Shown here in pieces: positions 36,610-50,700 of a stretch of 64,000 nt of DNA (positions within the stretch are counted from its first letter, which is position 1; the number at the start of each line of letters is the position of its first letter). The position numbers and the translations under genes were made by a program. The notes beneath the pieces were generated by a model. The model saw only the letters and a program-made list of their open reading frames with translations. It ran no database searches and was not told the DNA's origin. This DNA comes from Octopus bimaculoides. Lineage: Eukaryota. Where the stretch lies: assembly GCF_001194135.2 (NCBI RefSeq), contig NC_068989.1, forward strand, positions 67,158,736 through 67,222,735, in the 5' to 3' direction.

Positions 36610-39110
36610 TGTTGTAGTGAAAATAGTACTCCCCTTCTCACATGACAAAGTGGTATGACCAGCCACTATAAAGTCAGACAGTCAGTCACTATAGGAGGTC
36701 AGTAGTAGTAGTAGTGTCATTGTACAAGTTCTCAATTGGAGTTAGTGTCAGTTACATGATAGATATGAGTTCGAGTTACCATTATGGTAGACATTTCAAA
36801 GTCATTGTCTTGTGGAGCTATCAGTGATAGCACGATAGACAAGTCAAAGATAATAAGACGCGGAATACTGCCACAACAAAATAATGGCAAAAAGAATATT
36901 ACAGTGCCAACAATAACATACAAGTGGATGGGGATCCACATTATAACAGTGGTGATGAGGATATACACAATTCACACGGACAACATTCAAAAATTTTTTT
37001 TCATAAGAAAATAAACAATTGATGTGGACAATATTGAAAAATTTTTCACCTAGAGAAATTAAAATCTTGACAGATGAGTAACAAACATTTTTCTTGGACA
37101 TATTTTACAAAAAATCCATAAAATTATGGAAAACTTGTTAGAGGGTCTAGTTGAATTGCAAAAATAGCAACAACAACCCGAAGAACAACAAATGCTACAA
37201 CTAATACTGAAGATTTGAGCAAATTTTCGAAAAAGAATGCCAAGACTAAACAGACGAAATGAAAATGTGTCTAATTCTGAGGAAACTGGCGACAACAGAA
37301 CACAAAAAATACAATAACTTTATATTGCCTAAAAAAGTTTCTGACATAAATTTCACGAGCACAATTGACATTTTATGTAGGATGTTTAGTGAAAAAACAT
37401 CGTTGTTCAACACATGTTGGAAGTGTTTGAATACTGGGAAAATCAACGACAAAGACTTTATCACATATGTTAGTAGAGTGAACAGAGAGTGCAAGAGATT
37501 TAAACTGGATACACTAACTCCAGACTCATTCAAGTGCCTGGTTCAGGGACTTACTGCTAAAAAGGATGCAGAAGTCAGAATGAAAATTCTTGCAAAGCTG
37601 GAAATGAACCAGGATATAACTATCCAGAAACTGTCAGAAGAGTGTGATATGATATTAAAAGTAAGGCACGACATAGAAGAAATCCAACGCAGAGATTGTT
37701 TATGGATAAAACCAGTGTGGAAGAGTCAGAAGACAGATAAAGTGTTTCACAAAAAACACAATATACAAACGGAGATAAACCCATGTATGGCATGTGGTGG
37801 TAGGCACCTGAGAAAAGAGTGTCCATTCAAAAAGCAAAGTGTTTTCATTGTGGGAACACAGGACACATTAAATTGCACTGCAGAACTAAGATGATGAAAA
37901 ATTGGACAAAACAAGAAAAAATAAATAGTTTATCATCAAAGAAAAAAGTTTGTACAGCAAACAGAATATTCATCAAGGTGAGAATCAAAACCACTAGTGT
38001 CAAAATGCAATTAGACACAGGTAGTGAGATCACTATCATAAATGAAGAATATTGGCAACAAATCAGTAAACTGAAATTATTTAACTCAAATAAAGTATTT
38101 GCAATGTAACTTTTTGAGGTGAAATGAAAAGGACAATCATTTACTTGTTGAAAAAAAATCACTAAACCTATTTGGCACAGAATATAGTTATTTAAAATGT
38201 GGGACACCTCCATTAGTGTTCTTTGTGAAAATCTAGTTGGCACAGTTAAAAGTTTGAATGAAGTCAAACAACTGAGACTAAAAATTAAAAAATTGTTTCC
38301 AAATGATTTTTTTTTTTTTTGAAGGATTAGTCTGTTGCACTAAACAAAAGTGAGGATCGCAGTAAAAGAAAAGGCAACACTTGTTTTTAGGTGTAAATAG
38401 AACGTATCATTTGCGGTGTTGGACCAGATCAATAAAGAGCTAGAAAGACTAGAAAGTCTAGCTATGACTGAAAAAGTCAATCATTCAGACTAGGCAGCTC
38501 CAATGGTTTATGTGAAGAAAAAATAATAATAAACTAAGGGTGTGCACTGACTTTTCAACTGGATTAAATGACTGTTCAATCAAACACAATTATCCATTAT
38601 CAAGCCCGGAAGTGTTCTCAAAACTAAATGGAGGAAATATTTTCTCAAAGTTAGACCCCTCGGAGGCCTATCTACAGATACAGGTAGAGGAAGAGTGCGC
38701 ACACCTTTTAACAATCAACACACACTGTGGATTGTGTAAATTCAAGTGGCTTCCTTTTGGAGTAAAAGTGATACCTGCCATATTCCAACAAGTAATGGAT
38801 GCAATTTTAAATGACTGCGACTTTGCTATCGTTTATCTCGCTATTTTGATAAAGAGCAAGTCAGTGGAGCAACACTTCAAACATATTAAAAAAGTATTCA
38901 GAAAAATAAATGAATACAGGTTTAGACTAACAAAGGAAAAGTGTGAATTTTTCATGAAAAAAATCAAATATTTAGGTCAAGTAATTGACGAAAGGAGATG
39001 AAGGCCAAACCTATCAAGGGCAACAATACAGAATATAACTTCCCCAATGAATGTCTGTTACATACACAACACAAGGGTTCCACTAAACGAGCTGTTAAAA
39101 AAAGGATATC
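36610..39110 (+). mobile_element. Ty3/Gypsy (Mag-like) LTR retrotransposon, 5' LTR to RT, 3'-truncated
   Basis: Putative LTR TGTTGT...ATAACA at 36610-36948; PBS TGGTGATGAGGAT at 36950-36962; gag ATG at 37126 with two zinc knuckles (CMACGGRHLRKEC, CFHCGNTGHIKLHC); protease LDTGS; RT FSKLDPSEAYLQI, LPFGVK, YLGQVID. No RNase H, integrase or 3' LTR seen. Confidence 0.9.
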
Positions 39111-40134
39111 ATTATGATATATAAATTATATGACTTAACAAAACTTCCATTGTTATATTTATGACAGTGAAATGCTCTAGTTATGATCAGTTTGTCCTCC
39201 TTTTTCTCTTGTTCATATTTTATGAAGCTGTGAACACTTGAATGGAAATGAACAAAACGGTTTTGTGCCCAACATTAACATATTGGTTCCACCTTGTGAA
39301 AGATTTGAAAGAAAAATATTTTTAAAGAATTCACACCATTTTCTTTCTGAAAATCATTGCTTTCACTATATCTGCCTGACATTGCCCTGACACTTTGGTT
39401 TGAAGTTAATGAAACACAAATTTGAACTCGGGATGCAAACAACTAAGAAAAAATACTGCAAGACATCCAGTCTGATATATCTGGATTAGAAGTTCTGTGA
39501 ATCCACTGTTTTAATTGGGTTGTTTTTATTGACTCCAAAAGGATGAAAGGCAGAGTTCACCGAAGCAGGATTTGAACTGAGAGCACAGGGAGTCAGAACA
39601 AATACAACAAAGTAAGATCAAAACTTTGTTGGCCCAAAGCTATAGTAGAAAACACTTGCCCAAGGTTCCACACAGTGGGACTAAACCTGGAACCATACAG
39701 TTGGGAAGCAAACTTTTTACCACACAGCCACACCTGCACTTAAGGTATATAGAAGCTGTATCTTGCTTTAAGTCCTCAAATCCTGATGGTGTCACAGTAT
39801 GCTATCACAACATATAGAGAGAGGACATATAAATTTGGCAGCACAGGTCAGACCACAGTGAATTTCTTCCACAGAGAAAAATGAGAAAAGAGTCAACCCT
39901 AATTATTATGTTATGTTATTTATTGACCCTGAAATGATGAAAAGCAAAGTTGACCTCGGTGAAATTTGAACCCAGGAAGCATGATTATTTAATTATTATT
40001 TAATTCACTGCTATATAATTTTTTGATTGATTCACTGTTGATATAGCCAGTTGATTAATTCATTGTTAACATAGTCCACTAATTAATTCACTGTTAATCA
40101 AATTGCTGCTATTATATTATTATTACTATTATTG

Positions 40135-40600
40135 CATGCCATCAGAGTGACACTGGATTACAAATATACAAAGCCCAATATACCCATCATGACAGTCAGA
40201 TAAGGGTACACTAGGTATATGAATCACAGCCATATGTGTGCAACATGGTGATCTCATATCAAGATAAACAGCACATGACCTTGCAGGTGGGGCCCAGTTA
40301 GAAGGTCAAGCAGCCCATCCTGCTCAAAAGGTCTCTAAACAAGGTTGTTTAAGGATGATGAACAAAACAGCCATGTTTCTAAGGGTGAATTATTCAAAAA
40401 CCCCAAAGAATTCCTCTCAACATATGGCTATGATGCTCCCCCACTACTCCTGCTCATGATCAGAGATGCACATATTGTCAATCACTAAGGGACATGCTCA
40501 ACTGGTTAAGGTCAAGAAACTAACAAGCAAATCTGTGGTATTGAGCAGAATATTTGCTGTAGCCCATCTTTTATACCAACATAAAACATGTACATTATAA
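40135..40600 (-). repeat. Dispersed repeat of unknown class (second partial copy at 8780-8980, opposite strand)
   Basis: CAGCAAATATTCTGCTCAA/GTACCACAGATTTGC...GAGCATCATA is shared between the two loci in inverse orientation. Confidence 0.6.
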
Positions 40601-40624
40601 CACTTCTAATCAGTTAAGATAAGA

Positions 40625-40660
<36 letters not shown>

Positions 40661-42614
40661 GGTGACAAGCTTGCAAAATTGCTAGCATGCTGGATGAAAT
40701 GTTTAGCAGTATTTCGCTCATCACTACATTCTGAGTTCAAATTCTACTTAGGTCAACTTTGCCTTTCAGGATCGATAAATTAAGTACCAGTTGAGTACTG
40801 GGGTGGATATAATCAACTAGTCCCCTCCACCAAAATTTCAGGCCTTGTGCCTATAGTAGAAAGGATTATAATTATAATTATTATTATTATTATTATTATT
40901 ATCATTAGTAATGTAGCAAGTTGGCAGAATCATTAGCACACTGGGCGAAATGCTTAGCAGCATTTCATCTATCTTCCAGTTCTGAGTTTAAATTCCGGCA
41001 AGGTCGACTTTACCTTCCATCCTTTCGAGATCGATAAATTAAATACCAGTGAAACACTGGGTTCAATGTAATTGACTAGCCCCCTACCCCAAAATTTCAG
41101 GCATTGTGCCTTCAGCAGAAAGGATGATTATTATCATTATTACTATTATTATCATTATTTAGAAAGGATTATTATTAGTATACGTGTGCAAGCCAGAGGG
41201 ATTGAGAAGATAGGACTACATAATATTGTACATAATATTGTATCTTTTCCCTTTTTAAGATAGTAAGGTATGCTATGAAGGAAATCCAGCTGCTATTTCT
41301 GTTATATAAGGTATATTTATTTGCTATTTCTAGCTGGTAAAGTGATTACATACAGCATGGGTGAGGGAATATTTTAGTAGCAGAAGTAAATTGCAAGTAT
41401 ATAAAAACCTGCAGGAAGACATCTGTTCAGAGAAAAATAATGACTCTAGTTCAAGGTAGCCATGTATCTCTTCTACAGCAAGACACCTGTTCTGTTTCTT
41501 TCCTTCATACATTAACTTTTTACCATCTAGCATTAAGCTACCTTCCTTTCTACTACAGTCCCACCCAGTCAAGAGGAATCTTAGCCTTGCAAGCTACATG
41601 ATGACTTCCACTAATGCTGGTGCCACAAGAAAAAGTGTACACTCTGTAAGTGGTTGGTGTTAGAAAGGACATCCAACCAAAGAAACCCTGCCAAAGCAGA
41701 CACAAAAGTCTGATGTAGTCTTCCAATCTTTTGAATTACAATGAGCCAACCAACCCATGCCAGTATGGAAGATGGATATTAACTCTTTAGTGTTCAGACT
41801 ACTTTGACAAATATAATGTCTGTTTATTTAGATTGTTTTGAATAAATCATGCATTGCCTTGTATTTTAGAGATTTTGCTGATGTGATTTGTTTAGTCTTA
41901 GAATGACATTGTAAGATTGAGGTTAAATATTTTGACTGGATATGGTCAATTTAAATTAAAAGATGATGATGATAATAACAACATTAAATTACTGCTCTAG
42001 ACTTAAGATTTAAGTCATTTTGTTGTTTCGTATCTTTTCTCTAGTTTGGGTTTTACGAGAGTTCATATTAGCAGAGGGTTTTAAATTTGAATATAGGTGA
42101 AATTTTGCCTAGGGGCAAGAGGTTCCTCACCTCTGACTTGTTAATGATAATGTGAGTGGTGCAAAATATTTGTATCTAATTATCTCAAAAATTGTTAATA
42201 ATGTTGTAGCTGTGATTAACAAGAACTAACTTCAAGATTAAAAATCCAGTGTAATGAAAGATTAAAGAACCAGGCTAATACAAGAATTTCTTTTGTTGAA
42301 ACTAGATATATCAAATTATCATCATCATCATAGTCCTCATTGTTGTTGTTGTAAGGGTGGTGGATTTGCAGAGATCATTAAAGCATCAGACAAAATTCTT
42401 TGCTGTATTAAGTTACATCAGCTCTTCATGCTTTGTGTTCAAATACCACAGAAGACACATTTGCCTTTCATCCTTCAAGGACTGATAAAACAATGTACCA
42501 GTCAAGAAGTTGATAAATAAATACATTCAAGCTAAAATGAACCACTTGCTGATAATACACTAAGGAGAAACTATCATTGATACCAAACGTTTTTTGTCGC
42601 TGAATGAACTTGGC

Positions 42615-42685
42615 TTTGTGCCAAATTATTTTCCAGGTTACCTATAATTATTTGTGCCAAATTATTTTCCAGGTTACCTATAATT
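42615..42685. repeat. Perfect 35-bp tandem duplication
   Basis: TTTGTGCCAAATTATTTTCCAGGTTACCTATAATT twice, with a 1-nt spacer. Confidence 0.95.
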
Positions 42686-43619
42686 CACATTATGATCAGA
42701 CTTTTGAATTTTTTCTTTCTTTTTTTTTATCTTTCCTTGCATGTACTTATAATTTGTTTTAGTGTGAATACATTAACATATTGAAATAACAAGCAACCCT
42801 TTCCACTACAAAAAAACAAAAAATTGTTTGAACCTTGGAATATGATTGTAGGTAGACACTCTTTTCATTGTATGGTACGAACATTTCTATGTTGATTTTT
42901 CATCTCTTGCATTTTATTGAATATACCTTTTCTCTCATCAGAAAAAATTGTAATAATCATTTCTTTTTTTTTTTTCTTTTTATTCTCTCATCCACTAATA
43001 TTCCTAGTTATTAAATATGCATGTAGGCAGAAGCTGGGATGGGGGATGGGGAGACTACATCAACACTTGGCTGGTATTCTGGTATTCATAGAGCAGAAGA
43101 ACCTTGCTCAAAGAAACATCATGCTACCCAGTTCAGGAACTGAACCCACAACATTGCAATCATGTGCCCGAATACATGTGCATGCTAAAGGGACTTTTTA
43201 AAAAGCAGTTTTATCAGCAAGGTTTCTTTTTTTGCTGTGCAACAATATTTTCTCAACAGCTGGTGCTGAACTCATTTAATGATACTAAATTGTCAATTAG
43301 AGCTTCTGTTCTCATATTGCGTATCTTTTATTTGTTAGACACCCAATGTTATCAGCCACCAGTTGGAGGAGTCGTTCCATGAACCATCAAGTATGATCTC
43401 TAATTGTCCTTTGCCTCTGCTCTTTGTCCTCCATCTCTACTATTTTCCCTTGTTAAGTTTGGCTAATTATGGATCCATATCTTTTATTCATTTGTCTATC
43501 TTCATTGAATAATTGACTGGGTTTGCCCTGTCACACATATGGTTTATTTGCCGTTCGTTTTATTCATATCATTTTCTCAGTTTTTAGGGTGTTCTATAAT
43601 AGTTACTGTTGACCTTATA

Positions 43620-43666
<47 letters not shown>

Positions 43667-44672
43667 TTTTCTTATCTACATAATTATTACCAACTAACAT
43701 TAGCTAAATTATTGACATTATTGTTATTGCATGTAATCATCTACTTACGCATCCATAAAATGTTTTTTTTTTGTCTACAGGGGTACCACAACTTCCATAA
43801 AAAAAAAATTAGCATACTTCATGACTTATAAAGCACACTTTTAGCTACTAACAACAAGTTTTATAAACTACCCTCCACATCATACACATACATTTTGCTA
43901 TATTTGTGGGATGGTCATTGTTTTTTGTCAATAAACACATGCCCTATTTATTTGCTCTTCACTTTAGCTTTACTATTATTATTATTATTATTATTATTNN
44001 NNNNNNNNNNNNNNNNNNNNNNNNNNNNNNNNNNNNNNNNNNNNNNNNNNNNNNNNNNNNNNNNNNNNNNNNNNNNNNNNNNNNNNNNNNNNNNNNNNNN
44101 NNNNNNNNNNNNNNNNNNNNNNNNNNNNNNNNNNNNNNNNNNNNNNNNNNNNNNNNNNNNNNNNNNNNNNNNNNNNNNNNNNNNNNNNNNNNNNNNNNNN
44201 NNNNNNNNNNNNNNNNNNNNNNNNNNNNNNNNNNNNNNNNNNNNNNNNNNNNNNNNNNNNNNNNNNNNNNNNNNNNNNNNNNNNNNNNNNNNNNNNNNNN
44301 NNNNNNNNNNNNNNNNNNNNNNNNNNNNNNNNNNNNNNNNNNNNNNNNNNNNNNNNNNNNNNNNNNNNNNNNNNNNNNNNNNNNNNNNNNNNNNNNNNNN
44401 NNNNNTATATATATATATATCATCATTTAACGTCCACTTTTCATGCTGGCATGGGTTAGACGGTTTGACTGGAACTGGTGAGCCAAAGAGCTGCACCAGG
44501 TTCCAGTCTGATTTGGCATGTTTTCTATGCCTGGATGCCTTTCCTAACACCAACCACTCCAAGAGTGTAATGGGTGATTTTCATGTACCACCAGCAAGGG
44601 TGCCATTTACACACTCACACACATATATATATAATGTATGTATGTATATATGTATATGTATGTGTGTATATA

Positions 44673-44720
<48 letters not shown>

Positions 44721-44788
44721 ATTGAAATTCGAAGGTGGACAAGCTTTATACTGTACTCTACTACATTCTCAACAAAATTATTATAACT

Positions 44789-46023
44789 TCTTATAATCCT
44801 TAAAATGTTGGATTATTATAACACCGACTTCAGTATATAGTATACTTAGTAAAACCAGTAAAAACCTGACCATCTCTATCACCTACTACGTACTCTGGTA
44901 CTTCACATACTTCTCTTTACTTATAGTGACTAGGTTATTCCATTTGTCACATGGGAGGAGTGTACCATTATTATTAATTCCCTACATCGTCCCTTTTAAG
45001 TTTTTCTCAGGAAGTGCCATTTTAATTAGCAATAATTTTTTATTGATCCTACCTCCCTTTTTTGAATTTTTTCTGTACAATTTAATATTTTTGGCACTTG
45101 GCATCTATTTTCAGGAACTCTGTATGTTTTCTTTTTCTCTCAGTTATATACCTAGGTTCAATCACCTGCAGTGGCATTGGTACTTGGAACATAGCATACA
45201 ACCATTCCATCAGTTCCAAGATGTTTTGAATAATGAGCTTTTTTCACTGAAAATTTTACACAATATATTTATTGTGTCATTAAACTTTATGTCTGAAGGT
45301 TTTCTTGGGAGTACATAATTACTGTATCATTCATGCTCTGTTGCTGCCAGTTTTCTCAAGATTAAGTGTGTTTTTATCTCATCATCCCAATCTTTATATT
45401 ATTTCTCAAAGGTTTGCTCATATCTTCTGTAGTATGCTTAAAAGGTAACTCCTTTGTCAGGCTCGCATCTGAACTCTGTTATAAAGTCCACGACATAGTC
45501 TGGCAAGAATACTTTTTCTGATTTTCCTGATGACTTCGGTAATTGCAGCATTTGTTGCTGTAACATTGTTTGTTGTTGTTGTTGCATCTGTTGTTGCTCT
45601 TACAGTTGTATCTGCTGCTGTTGTTCTTGCAGTTGTAGCTGCTGATGTTGTTCTTTCAGCTGTTGTTGTTGCTGTTTTTGCAACTCAAGCAAACTGGCCA
45701 ACAAATTTTCCATAATTTCACAATTGTTTTTTTTTTGTAAAATTCACACAAAACTTTGTGAGTTGATTATTTCCTCTTCGAATTTCTATTAACTTCACAT
45801 GAATTGGTTTATCCTCATCACCATTATTACCATCCTTAAAATGTTAGATTATTATAACGCCCACTTCAGTATATAATATACTTAGTAAAACAGTAATGAC
45901 ACAACTATCTCTGACCGCTTACTACATACTCTGGTATTTCACGTACTTCTTTACTTATAGTGAGTAGGCTATTTCATTCATTACATGGGAGGGGTGTACC
46001 ATTATTACTAATTCCCTGCAACA
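44789..46023 (-). mobile_element. Internally deleted Gypsy element with both LTRs (gag only, 1.23 kb)
   Basis: Direct repeats at 45825-46023 and 44789-44989 (about 200 bp); PBS at 45811-45823; PPT AAAAGGGA before the 3' LTR; flanks TAACT/TAATT (putative 5-bp TSD). gag from ATG 45713: MENLLASLLELQKQQQQ...HLILRKLAATEH, homologous to the gag at 37126. Confidence 0.85.
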
Positions 46024-47723
46024 TAATTATTTATATATATATACACATATATATATAAAGAATAAGGAGAAAATGGTGAGGTAATAAATAAAAATTATCT
46101 ATTAATTATAAAATATGACATCTCTATTATATATATATATATATATGAAAGAAGGTTTGAAAATGCACTTATTTTTTAAAATATTTATTTACTTAACTGG
46201 TTTCACTTTTTTAGAAAAAGATTATCAAAAGTCTTTGAGAATAATAAAAATGTTAAAAAGCAGTTCGAGTATTAAAATGCATATGTACATTCTTTGATGA
46301 TAAAATATATTTAAAGTATAAAGCTTTGTATGAACTTTGTATTGTTACATACTGATTATCACACATTCTCTGATATTAAAATGAAAATGTTAAAAACAGT
46401 GTATGAAAATACACATATGGAAAAATATATATACATATACATATTCTTATACATATTCTTTGACAATCGAATAAAGTTGAGGAGGAACTGACCTGGCTTT
46501 TTTCTCTTTACCATTTATTCTAATCTCTATTTTACAAGAAATATTCTCTTCAAGAGTGTGCATGATATGTCCTGAAATATGGCATCCCCTAGTGTATCTG
46601 TTGACATTTTGCATGCATTTCTTTTTTTGTGAGCAGAGGAAGAGGAGATCCCAAAATTAGCTGCATGATTAAAAAGTTCACTTTCCATCCATGAGTGTAT
46701 GCTTGACTGTTAAGTCTAGCAAGATGAAAAAATATTATAATGTATGAATAAAGAAAGTAGAAGGTTATCATTTTGTTTTCTTGGCATTTGGCACTGTTGA
46801 ATGACAAAATCTGTTTCAAGATCCTTTGGGAAAACTGCACAGACTAGCAAAAGGTTTTGAGGTTTCATGAGCAGGATATATGTTAGAAAAAAAGAAAACT
46901 AACAGAAGAGTACAGAACGATGTAAGAGAGATACAAGTATCTAACAGGAGAGGACGGAAATGCAAATTATGCAAATGATATTCAAGGAAGTTTTCAATCT
47001 TGTTGCTTAGTTTTTCATAAATGCTAATGTAACACAACTTTATCAGAAGACTATCTTATCAGAAATGATCAGAGTTTGCTGATGTTAACACTATGGTACA
47101 AAGGTAATTGATAGAATACCTTGAAGCAGCTAATATTCTCAGCATCTCAGATAAATAATATTCAGTCACTCCACTTCCATGGAATTCCAAACCCTGACTT
47201 TCACTTCAATGGTAATCATGCAGGTGTAGCAGATCTGTTCTAAGGTTTATAGGAGTTTTTTCTTGAGTGATTTCACAATAGGAACCATAATCCTATCAAG
47301 TCACATATTTTAATCACCACAATTTTTAAAAAGCTAGAAAGAACCAGCTAAACTACAGAAGGTAATGCAATGATCAGCTTTACTCCAAATTGTCATAGGA
47401 CACCTGCAAACACACAGGTTGGTATCACTAACAACCATCAGATTCTAGTTCAGATGCAAACTGGATTCAAATAAAACATGAGTGACAAGAACTAAGAGTT
47501 CACCGCTCCCAGATAGAGTTTATTATGCACTCATGCATAATTTTGAACATTTCCATGTCTGAGCATACTAGTGCTAGATGGTTGTTGACTGTAGGCTGGG
47601 TCCATCTGTTCTTTTTAACAAGTCTTGGTTTTTTTACTGTTGGGCTTCTAGCCACCTTCCTCATCAGCCTGGTGAGACTTCTATGGTAGCAGTCTCTAAA
47701 ATTTTACAATGCAAATGACTTAC

Positions 47724-47799
47724 CAAAACCCTTCATGGCTTTTCGGAGTCCTTCAGCAGCAGCTTCAGCACTGAAATCAGGGGCTGGAAATACAGTAGC
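47724..47799 (-). CDS. ANXA7: Annexin (A7-like), first identified coding exon: start of repeat I
   Basis: (t)n cccccc atgacag|GCT ACT GTA...GGT TTT G|gtaagt = ATVFPAPDFSAEAAAEGLRKAMKGF(G). 76 nt, phase 0 to 1. Confidence 0.9.
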
Positions 47800-50700
47800 C
47801 TGTCATGGGGGGAAAAAAAAAGAAAAGAAAAGAAAATGAAAGGTTTTAATCTTTTAATAAGTTGATTTAATTTCCAGTGAGATTTTACTGGATTAAGCAG
47901 GTTACAAAAACAATGACTCAAGGTAAATGTTAATAATTAGGAAACTAGAAAATATTCTTTCCTGAATTAGTGAAATTAATTAGAGTGGACAGTAGTTCAA
48001 TCATCTTGACATGCTGCACTCTAAGTATAGTGTAAATATTGTGAATGCCATGACAAGTGCAATGGGTTAATCAGGGATACAAAAGGTTTAAATCTGGAGA
48101 AAAGTGACCTCTGAATACAATCATGAATGGTAATACAGAGAAAAACAGAAAAAGTAGTGGAGGAAACATCAAATCCTATTATTTATTGAATAGGACTGAG
48201 TGATGCAACACAAGAATGATAGACATTGAAAAATCAAAAGAACAGAGAAAAATGATGAAATGTAACAACAGCAACACATATTAATTCAATGAATAGTTCA
48301 TGACTTGCTAGAAATAGTAGCCAAATGACTCTAAAATTACAATGTCTAATGAAAAGAGACATTGGATAATGTAGTCCTACGTCTGAAAAAAAGATAGGAT
48401 AGGATCAATGAGAATTTTGGAATAGGATACATATTAAAAAATAAAGAAGATAGGTGAGATATGATAGGATTGTCCATGTGTGACTTCAGGTGTTTAGAGT
48501 GAATTAAAAATTTAAGAATGTTGTCAGTCTACTTGTGTTGAACGAATTAGTTTTTGATATTGACACAGAGGACAGAGACCATGGTAGACTTCAGCAAAGC
48601 AATGCTGACGTGTTTAAAAATAATTTTTAATATTCAAACCAATGCTCTTTCAAGTACAATCTAATCTAGTTCACTCTTGTCCATTAAGGATTTATAATGG
48701 ATTCAAATTTTGACACAAGGCCAGCAATTTTTTAGGGAAGGAATAAATCTTTTACATCAACCTCAGTATTCAAGTGGTACTTATTTTATCAACCCTGAAA
48801 GTATGAAAGGCAAATTGACCTTGGCAGAATTTGAACTCAGAACATAAAGACCAACGAAATGCCACTAAGCATTTTGCCCAGAGTGCTTACAATTCTGCCA
48901 GCTCACTGCCTATTAAGGATAAATAACAATGCACTTCATGTATAAAAGAAATGAAATTACATTCTTCTATACATTTCTGAATATAACAGAAGCTCAAAGA
49001 AAAAATAAACTGAAATAAAACAATTCTAAAATATATATCATCATTGTTTTATGTATGCTTTTTTATGCTGGCATGAGTTGGACAAGTTTTCACATACTCA
49101 TCCTGTCATCATCCTTTTAGTCCTCTTTTACAACATGCTGAGATATAGTACATCTATTCTAAAACTGAGATACATACAGTATTATAATCTAGTTTAAAAA
49201 AAAAAACAACTCATACCAGTGATGTCTGTTCATGTAAGTAGGGAATATGAAAGGATTCAAGAGTTACATATAAATTGCCATATTATATTATTTCATCATG
49301 AAAGTCTTTACCTAAAAATACATCATGAATCATGATACTTTAACCTCATGGCTCACTCCAAATTTTTTTTTTTTTTTTGTCTTTCACTGACAGTTCTTAA
49401 AGGTCAGATTCTTCTTATTTGTGACATATAAACTTTTACAAACTCACAAAATTTCACTATACAATCTTAGACAATGTGAAAACCATGACCAGTTATCTCA
49501 AACTCTAGTTTTTTTCATGTGTCATTGATATAGCTCTTCTTGTGTCTAATGTTGAGTCCAAATCTTGGTACAAGGCCAGTAATTTCAGGAGATGGGATAA
49601 GTTGATTACATCAACCCCAATGCGTAACTGGTACTTGAAATTTGAACTCAGAACATAAATACAGATGAAATGCCACTAAGCATTTTGCCTGGTATGCCAA
49701 CAGTTCTGCCAACCCACTGCTTTTCTAGTGTCTAATATTGAATTAGATCTTAGAGAGTTTAGAATGTCAATAAGTTTGATTACAGTGAGGAGTGAAGAGT
49801 CTAACATTTTAGGGTCATGTCTTTTCACAAAGAGTGGAGAAAGATGAAATCTAGCAGACAATCTTTTGAAATTTTAATGATGATATTAAATAATTAAAAC
49901 ACTTGCATTAATTAAGTAAATATAATTTTCTAATTAAGCGAGAAAGACAACCTTTTTAATCAGAGGACTAAATTTTCTGTGGCAATTTTAACCCTCTAAC
50001 TGTAAAATTAAATTTCATGGTTATTCCAGTAACGATGTTAAATATCTACCAACAAATGGAATTAACATTTCCTATGAGTCTTGTTGCCTCAATAAACTTG
50101 ACATATCTCAACAAAAAATAGTTTCAAATATGATATTCCTCAACAAAAGGTAGACTGGTATACCCTTAACTGCTTTCCACAGTTAAGGGAAATGAAATTT
50201 TGAGTGGTTGTATCTAATTTCTGCAGTAAAAGGGTTAAGTACTCAAAATGGTGAAGATTTGAAATGCTGCAAATGATGACAGTATATGAAATGGTTGGAA
50301 AATTGTAGATGCAAATCTGTATGTAATAAACATGAAGATAACCAAAATATTGTTGATGTAAAATTACTTAAACTGGTATGATACAAAACATCCAAACATT
50401 ATTATACAGCTTGCCACCCCACCTTTAACCCTTCTGGTATCAACCTGCCTGATAGCATCTCTGATTCTATCACACAAAAATACCAACTTTTGGTAAGTTA
50501 TATTCCACAAATAGTATCTTTATAATAACAAAGTCACTATTCTGAAAACAATGTGAGTCGTATTGACTAGTCATTCTTATGCTGAATCACCCAATCTAAT
50601 TCAACTAAATTGTTGAGTATAAAATTCTTGATTATTTTCAGCTTAATTAAAATAGAGTATTTCAGCAAAAATATATCCTGCAGAGGCGGGCCAACATGGC

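Noticed and set aside
45530-45715. Hydrophobic V/A-rich 61-aa ORF resembling a membrane peptide
   Set aside because: It is the antisense reading of the polyQ region of the Gypsy gag.
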